Positions 61,780 through 64,000 of a stretch of DNA of 64,000 nt are shown piece by piece. Position numbers and translations under genes: made by a program. This DNA is from Dicyema japonicum (Eukaryota > Animalia > Dicyemida), in the NCBI GenBank assembly GCA_011109175.1, contig RDEW01000001.1, positions 446,395-510,394 on the forward strand. Direction: 5' to 3'. Numbering within the stretch: the first letter of the stretch is position 1; every line of letters starts with the position of its first letter. The notes under the pieces were generated by a model that saw nothing but the letters and a program-made list of their open reading frames with translations, did not search any database and was not told the DNA's origin.

Positions 61780-63833
61780 TTATTCTATTATTGTTGATAT
61801 GTCAAGATCACTCAAAGTCGATAAATTTGTTTTGTATTTATTTCTATTGAATTTTTCTAAATTTCGCTGTCCAAACTCAATGCTATAGTGCCTTCTCACT
61901 TTCTAATAATAAATCACAAGCAAACCGGCCCTTTTATTTTATTTCTGAGGAGGATTTTGTATTTAAGGTTATCCTCCTCATTTTCCTCCATTTCAATTAC
62001 CTCCCTATTCCTATTGTGAATCATAAAATATGCTTTTTTATGTTGTATCTACCAATATTGTCAATTCGAGAATTTTTCAAATATATGACTGCGTCCTGTA
62101 GGTCCATCCTGTAGTTGGTCTTGAAGAGATATTTCTCACGTGTCAAGGGAGCCTCTCGTTGGAAGTAAGGAGCAATGTAATAGTAGTTGATGAACTCAAA
62201 TCTGCAGTAAATGATATTTATACTTGTCCTTTAAATAGTTATTCCCCTTCTCCCCCGTGATTCCCTCAATGGCAGCCATCATGTGATCAGTCACTCTCAA
62301 ATTGAGCTCCTCAAACATTGACATGGTCATTTCCTTACGTTTAACCACGTGGAGAAAGTTAACCAGAGGTTTTATGGTGATCCCCTGAACTGAATACAAC
62401 TCCAACCTGTAAAAAGACGGTAAAGTAAATGAGACATAGCGTAGCACTAAGCATTGAGCGTTTGCTGACTATAATGTCTTCATTGAGGAGTGAGACGAGA
62501 CTGAAGGCCACAGCACCTCGGAGTCCTCCATAGGCCATAATGAACTGCTCATTAACTTTGATTTTGGAGACTCTAAAGTGGTTAATGATCATAGTGAGGA
62601 TGATCACCCCCAGAGACCGATACAGGAGGCAGAAGACAATCACAAAGACAATAAAGTAAGCGTCCCACTGAAGAGTTTCATTGGCAGTGGAAATCCCCAG
62701 GAAGACGAAAATGATGGTTTCTGAGAGATTGCTCAGGACTTTACTGAAATATTTAACAGTGACCAGGGAAGTCTCAGCAATATTCTCATTAACGTGTATT
62801 TTCATAGTCATGGCAGCAAAGACAATCCTAATAATTAAAATTGTCAATTTACGCTAAAATCCCAGAAAGACGGATTGTATCTGCCAGGAGGTAGCACAGA
62901 TATGGGAGAAGGATCACTATAACTGGTTCGATTATCAATATCTTTGAGGTATATTTAGTGAGGAAGGCAGTGAGCATCCCAAAGATTACTCCAAACACAA
63001 TTCCGAATATACTGGTCGTAAAGAACGAACCAATTCCGCTGATAATGTCAACGGCAATGATTTTTTTGATCACAGTAAAGTCATTGAATATGTTATAGAG
63101 CACCTGAATTGGTATTAAACGCAGAAAACCACGGAAATTGCGTCATTTAGAAGAGATTCTCCAAATACAATAATGTAGAGGTCCTCGTTAACGTGGACTT
63201 CCTCAAAAATTGCTAAAACCGCGACGGGGTCCACAGCGGAGATGATTGAGCCAAACAGAAAGGCGTCAAGGAATGGAAGAGGGTATTTGAATAGTCCAAG
63301 CTTATATATCCCATAGAGAGATCCCCCTGAGGATGTTGATAGAGGACAAACCAATTGTAAAAGCGTTGAACAGAGTAGCGATGATGGCGTAGGTTAGAAT
63401 AGTTCCAATATTACGGAAAACGCGTCAACCGCATAAAAAAACCCGGCATCGAAGGCAATAGCTGGGAGAAGAAAAAGAAAAAACGTATCAGCGCTGAAAA
63501 TGTGATGAATCCCCACTTCAGCATTTTTAGACAAGAGAAAGAAGAGTCCAATAATGAGGCCAAGGATGAGGAGGAGGGAACTCTCAGGGACTGCATTTGG
63601 CAGTTTGGGGATAATGTGGAATACTAAATTATTAATATTGGTTAATTGAATGATAATTGTCAATCAAAGTACCTATTCTGGCCATACTAGTGACGAATAT
63701 CCAAATCCCAATTATAAATGTCACTGATTTCTGAAAAATTCCAGTGGAAGATTTGAAATCGTTTGTCGGTGTCATCATTGGTACAAATTATTGCAGAAAA
63801 GAGAACATTTGCAATTAACACTATTATTAACAT
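61780..63833 (-). CDS. Sodium/hydrogen exchanger (SLC9A, plasma-membrane NHE-type), ~614 aa, with apparent frameshifts
   Basis: [96 protein letters not shown]. Introns 63624-63672, 63327-63351, 63104-63129, 62828-62852, 62385-62406, 62202-62223, 62033-62052, 61903-61925. Frame breaks near 63715 and 63420. Confidence 0.93.
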
Positions 63834-64000
63834 TAAGTTAAATATGAATTTATTAATTTTATTATCAATAATACATTTTTTAATTTAATAATAAATTAAT
63901 AATTTATTAATTAAAGAGTCAAAAATTATTTATTTTATTCGCCCATCTAACTCAATATTATCTTTTGTGTCCAACCTCTATGGCCTGTATAGGTTGTTCA

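Noticed and set aside
58-63596. Many ORF-track entries (e.g. 2941..3351, 11490..11969, 26584..26961, 35635..36018, 45126..45518)
   Set aside because: They are opposite-strand or alternate-frame shadows of real exons or retroelement ORFs.
1-64000. Ciliate origin or alternative genetic code as explanation for tiny introns
   Set aside because: Genes end in TAA, TAG and TGA, and reconstructed exons contain no in-frame TAA/TAG.
1-64000. CRISPR arrays or prokaryotic operons
   Set aside because: No regularly spaced repeats; gene structure is spliceosomal throughout.

Overview
AT-rich eukaryotic, most likely metazoan, DNA. Seven host genes sit in a matrix of decayed transposable elements that covers well over half the window. 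The ORF track misses the genes because they are split by ultrashort spliceosomal introns: 54 of the 59 introns I reconstructed by hand are 20-26 nt (mode 23). The genes are an orphan coiled-coil protein (truncated by the window start), TMX1, CEP135, calreticulin, a compact adhesion GPCR, a small C-clamp (ZNF395/ZNF704/SLC2A4RG-type) protein and a Na+/H+ exchanger. Intron size plus a centriole gene point to a dicyemid-like parasite (inference). Mobile DNA includes RTE, RTE-X-like, Ingi/Vingi-like, R4/NeSL-type RLE and CRE-type non-LTR elements, a tRNA-derived SINE, and hAT, Ginger-like and pogo-like fragments. Most interesting: (1) a compact ~2.9 kb Ingi/Vingi-like family combining a 5' HDV-like ribozyme fold (three copies with covarying stems), an N-terminal 2A StopGo motif and a covarying 3'-terminal stem; (2) a SINE whose tail matches the 3' end of a local RTE-X-like LINE over 26 identical nt; (3) an 18S rRNA fragment fused to a 5'-truncated CRE element. 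Homopolymer-type indels in the exchanger gene suggest uncorrected assembly errors, so isolated frame and splice anomalies need read or transcript checks. All folds, splice models and family assignments are by eye, not computed.
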